Below, piece by piece: positions 19,851 through 20,459 of a stretch of DNA of 20,459 nt. The stretch lies in the NCBI GenBank assembly GCA_045863335.1, contig BTVY01000076.1, forward strand, positions 1 to 20,459, in the 5' to 3' direction. The translations under genes and the position numbers were made by a program. The notes beneath the pieces were generated by a model. It had not been told where the DNA came from. It searched no databases and saw only the letters and a program-made list of their open reading frames with translations. Numbering within the stretch: the stretch's first letter is position 1; the number at the start of each line of letters is the position of its first letter. Source of the stretch: Candidatus Hydrogenedentota bacterium (GTDB taxonomy: Bacteria; Hydrogenedentota; Hydrogenedentia; Hydrogenedentales; SLHB01).

Positions 19851-20406
19851 CTAGCGCCCCAGCGCGGCCATGGCGTCGTCGATGAAATCCTGCGTGATTT
19901 CGCGGGTATCCACCACGCTGTAGAACAGCTTCGCCTGTTCTTTGAACGCCTTCAGGGACGCGAGGCAATTGCGGATCTCTTCGGGCGTCGCGTCCTCGCA
20001 GCGGTAGCGGAGCCCCACCCGTTTCATGAGGTCCACGACCCACTCATGGTTGTGCTGCTGCAGACGCGACATCATGAAGATGCCGAGTCCCACCAGGTCG
20101 CCGTGAATGAAGTGCCTGCGCGTCGCGTGTTCGATGCCATAGGCGACGATGTGCTCCGAGCCTTCCTCAGGCCGGCTCGTGCCGATGCGCGCGCAGAACT
20201 CCACCTCGCGACGGAACAGATCCACGATCGTGTCTATCCCTTTCGGACTGACGGCGTAAACTTCCTCGGCGTTGCGATCTAATTCGTCCAGACAAAGCTG
20301 GGCCTCGCGCGCCGCGTCTTCGTCGTAGGCTTCGCCATTCTCATCGCGCGCCAGGGCCCAGTCATACAGGGCCGTGTGGATGCTCGCAATATCGCAGGTG
20401 CCGGCG
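19851..20406 (-). pseudogene. 3' half of a glycerol-1-phosphate dehydrogenase-like (EgsA/AraM, dehydroquinate-synthase-like fold) gene, interrupted by an IS
   Basis: The frame extends upstream of the listed ORF: AGTCDIASIHTALYDW...SRPEEGSEH...IHGDLVGLG, matching G1PDH motifs (AGxGD..TAxxDW, SRPxSGSEH, HGExV). It ends at an in-frame TGA (20409-20411) inside the IS end. The N-terminal NAD-binding half is absent from the window. Confidence 0.75.
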
Positions 20407-20459
20407 TGTCAAGACTCGTTAGAAATGTCCTCTGGCTTAACTCGTTAGAAATGTCCTCT
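20407..20459. mobile_element. Terminus of an insertion sequence, IS1202 (ISNCY)-like, truncated by the window edge
   Basis: Begins TGTCAAG, then has two exact 20-bp direct repeats ACTCGTTAGAAATGTCCTCT (20414-20433 and 20440-20459). GC content drops abruptly and the junction cuts a reading frame. Confidence 0.75.

Noticed and set aside
19350-20282. 310-aa plus-strand ORF crossing the rhodanese, the repeat and the G1PDH-like gene
   Set aside because: It overlaps two better-supported genes and reads through a non-coding repeat.
20414-20459. Two 20-bp direct repeats as the start of a CRISPR array
   Set aside because: The spacer is only 6 nt and the repeats follow a TGT terminus, which fits transposase-binding sites. 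No cas genes are present.

Overview
GC-rich bacterial chromosomal window, mostly housekeeping and mostly on the minus strand. Left to right: the 5' end of a type IV prepilin-like gene with a perfect sigma54 promoter; an 865-aa protein (degenerate KaiC/RecA-like N-terminus, PEP-synthase-type ATP-grasp domain, candidate phospho-His C-terminus) directly downstream of gdhA; a second prepilin-type gene; trpS; a YdcF/DUF218 gene; malQ; a secreted DUF1080 protein; the cluster nadX-rplU-rpmA-obgE-proB-proA-nadD-yqeK-SAM methyltransferase; a Cys-rich nitronate monooxygenase/FabK-like flavoprotein; a rhodanese; and a glycerol-1-phosphate dehydrogenase-like gene cut at about 20406 by an insertion sequence end (TGT terminus plus two 20-bp repeats, IS1202/ISNCY-like). 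The two best leads are (1) the gdhA-linked orphan dikinase, which has no PEP-binding barrel, and (2) a 42-bp double-hairpin repeat present in three full copies and one partial copy. Each full copy is co-oriented and lies 38-41 nt beyond a TAG stop codon, suggesting a small mobile element that targets TAG. All calls come from reading motifs by eye; no searches were run.
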